A DNA stretch of 60,200 nt, the filler included, from Circinaria calcarea (Eukaryota): NCBI GenBank assembly GCA_051942165.1. It is 9 parts of 9 records of this genome, joined end to end, with 100 filler letters (N's around TTAATTAATTAA, not from the genome) between each part and the next. Parts side by side here need not be neighbours in the genome. Positions count along the whole stretch, not along the records: positions 53,610 to 60,200 come from JAVECS010001546.1; 8 more parts are not named here. One strand, written 5' to 3'. The notes beneath the pieces are model-generated. The model did no database searches, had not been told where the DNA came from, and worked only from the letters and a program-made list of their open reading frames with translations. Position numbers and translations under genes: made by a program. The first letter of the stretch is position 1, and every line of letters starts with the position of its first letter. Positions 58,883-60,200 of the stretch are shown one piece after another.

Positions 58883-60200
58883 TCATTTCCGCTTCCGCTT
58901 CTCCTCTCTGATAGCATCAATCCATTGTCCAACGCTCTTAATTGCGCCATCGGGGTCTTTCTTGTGCCCAAGTAAATACCCTTGGATCTCTGCAGGCGTG
59001 AACTCCCCCGATGGCAAAAGATCAGCAAAGTTTGTCGCCAATCTGTGAATGTCTTCCTCTGATTTTCCATGGGTACGCTGACGAATCCTGCCCTGATTTG
59101 ATGAGACGGTTTGCTTTAGGGGGTTTGCGGTTCTGTTAGCTTGATGCGAAACTGTGGTGCCATTCATCTTGACGTCTTTTAAAGAGCTGTCTGCGTCGAG
59201 ACTAACGTAGACCGCTTTGTATAGCCCGCGGATGGTTGTATGATCTGCATAGCCAAAATCTATGGTCATGTCAACGCGGCCTGGTCGCAAAAGAGCAGTG
59301 TCCAGTCGCTCAATGTGGTTAGTGGTCATGACGAGGATCCGCCCCTCGCCAGACGCAACGCCATCGATGATGTTTAGAAATGCGGATAGAGATATGCCAC
59401 TGGGGACAGGTGGCGGGCTGATAGCACCAACAGGTGGCGTAGTATCTTTGTTGACTTGGTCGCGTGACGTTTCGATTTTGTCCTGGGGCTCGTCGTTTCT
59501 CTTGTTCGTCAGGCCTGCAGCATCGATATCTTCAAGCAAGACAATGCATCTCCAGGGAAGGTATCGAAAGAGTGACGCGAGACTGTCTTCAGTAAGGCTG
59601 CGGGAATTCAAGCTCACCACGTAAATGCTTAGTCTCAGTAGACCGGCTACCGCGAAGCAAAGCGACGTCTTGCCTGTGCCTGGTGGACCACACAGCAAGT
59701 ATCCTCGACGGTAAGGGATGCCTCGGTTAGAATACCAGCGGCGAGTGAGGGGATGGAGGTATTCCTTGATATCGGTGATGAATGACTGCTTTTGTGCCTC
59801 GTCCAGCACAACCGTGGACAGGGGCCTTGGAGGCCGCGACAAACATCGAATCCATTCCACGTTGTCGCTGCCCGCCAGTCCGTTTCCTCGATATATCAGA
59901 GTTTTGTTCCCATCCCTCTTCACATACAACCTCTGTGCTTCTGCCAGTAGGTCTTTGATAATCTGCGGATTGCGACCGAGGCAAGAAATGTAGATGCGCT
60001 CCGAATTTGAAACGCGAAAGTTGGCCTGTTTGTCGTCTTTGACCCGGCTAAAGGTTAAGAAGTGGCCCTTGTAGCGGAAATTATGGTTTCCGTCGGATGG
60101 CGTGTAACGAAGGGGCTTCAGTCTATCCGAATTCATCAACTCGGTCCAGTACTTTTCGAAGTCCTCGCTGAGACCCGTTTCGACACTGTCATCTATCATG
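58883..60200 (-). CDS. BCS1-like AAA ATPase, 5' truncated
   Basis: LRYTPS.G.H.F.YKG; ISCLGRNP; RPLSTVVLD; WYSNRGIPYRRGYLLCGPPGTGKTS; IVLLEDID; ISLSAFLNIIDGV; MTTNH..LDTALLRPGRVD; FTPAEIQGYLL. Confidence 0.95.
   Translation of the reverse strand, partial: MIDDSVETGLSEDFEKYWTELMNSDRLKPLRYTPSDGNHNFRYKGHFLTFSRVKDDKQANFRVSNSERIYISCLGRNPQIIKDLLAEAQRLYVKRDGNKTLIYRGNGLAGSDNVEWIRCLSRPPRPLSTVVLDEAQKQSFITDIKEYLHPLTRRWYSNRGIPYRRGYLLCGPPGTGKTSLCFAVAGLLRLSIYVVSLNSRSLTEDSLASLFRYLPWRCIVLLEDIDAAGLTNKRNDEPQDKIETSRDQVNKDTTPPVGAISPPPVPSGISLSAFLNIIDGVASGEGRILVMTTNHIERLDTALLRPGRVDMTIDFGYADHTTIRGLYKAVYVSLDADSSLKDVKMNGTTVSHQANRTANPLKQTVSSNQGRIRQRTHGKSEEDIHRLATNFADLLPSGEFTPAEIQGYLLGHKKDPDGAIKSVGQWIDAIREEKRKRK

Overview
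Fungal (filamentous ascomycete, Pezizomycotina-type) genomic DNA with GT-AG spliceosomal introns. It is not one locus. It consists of nine unrelated ~6.6-kb contigs, sorted by decreasing length and joined by an artificial 100-nt spacer (44 N + TTAATTAATTAA + 44 N), so adjacency across spacers is meaningless and many genes are cut at contig ends. Recognisable genes: an APC amino-acid permease, a DHA2-type MFS efflux pump, a CYP53-like pseudogene fragment, a UTP30/CIC1-like ribosomal-L1-domain protein, a Tos4-like FHA protein, three PTH11-like rhodopsin-domain membrane proteins, a TPR-SET protein, a SAM methyltransferase, a P450, Stn1, PAB1, a GNAT-ankyrin protein, a Ubl-AN1 zinc finger, GPI11, a SnoaL-like protein, ladA, NOC2 and a BCS1-like AAA ATPase. 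The most unusual items are: (i) a Tctex-1 dynein light chain homologue with a >550-aa low-complexity insertion that the ORF track hides; (ii) a degenerate RGS-LOV-family (BcLOV4-like) protein lacking the GxNCRFLQ photochemical motif; (iii) a P450 interrupted by a hAT-like transposon end; (iv) a 764-aa intronless orphan in an AT-rich block flanked by related palindromes; (v) a HExxH orphan with an acidic tail. All family assignments come from recalled motifs, not database searches.
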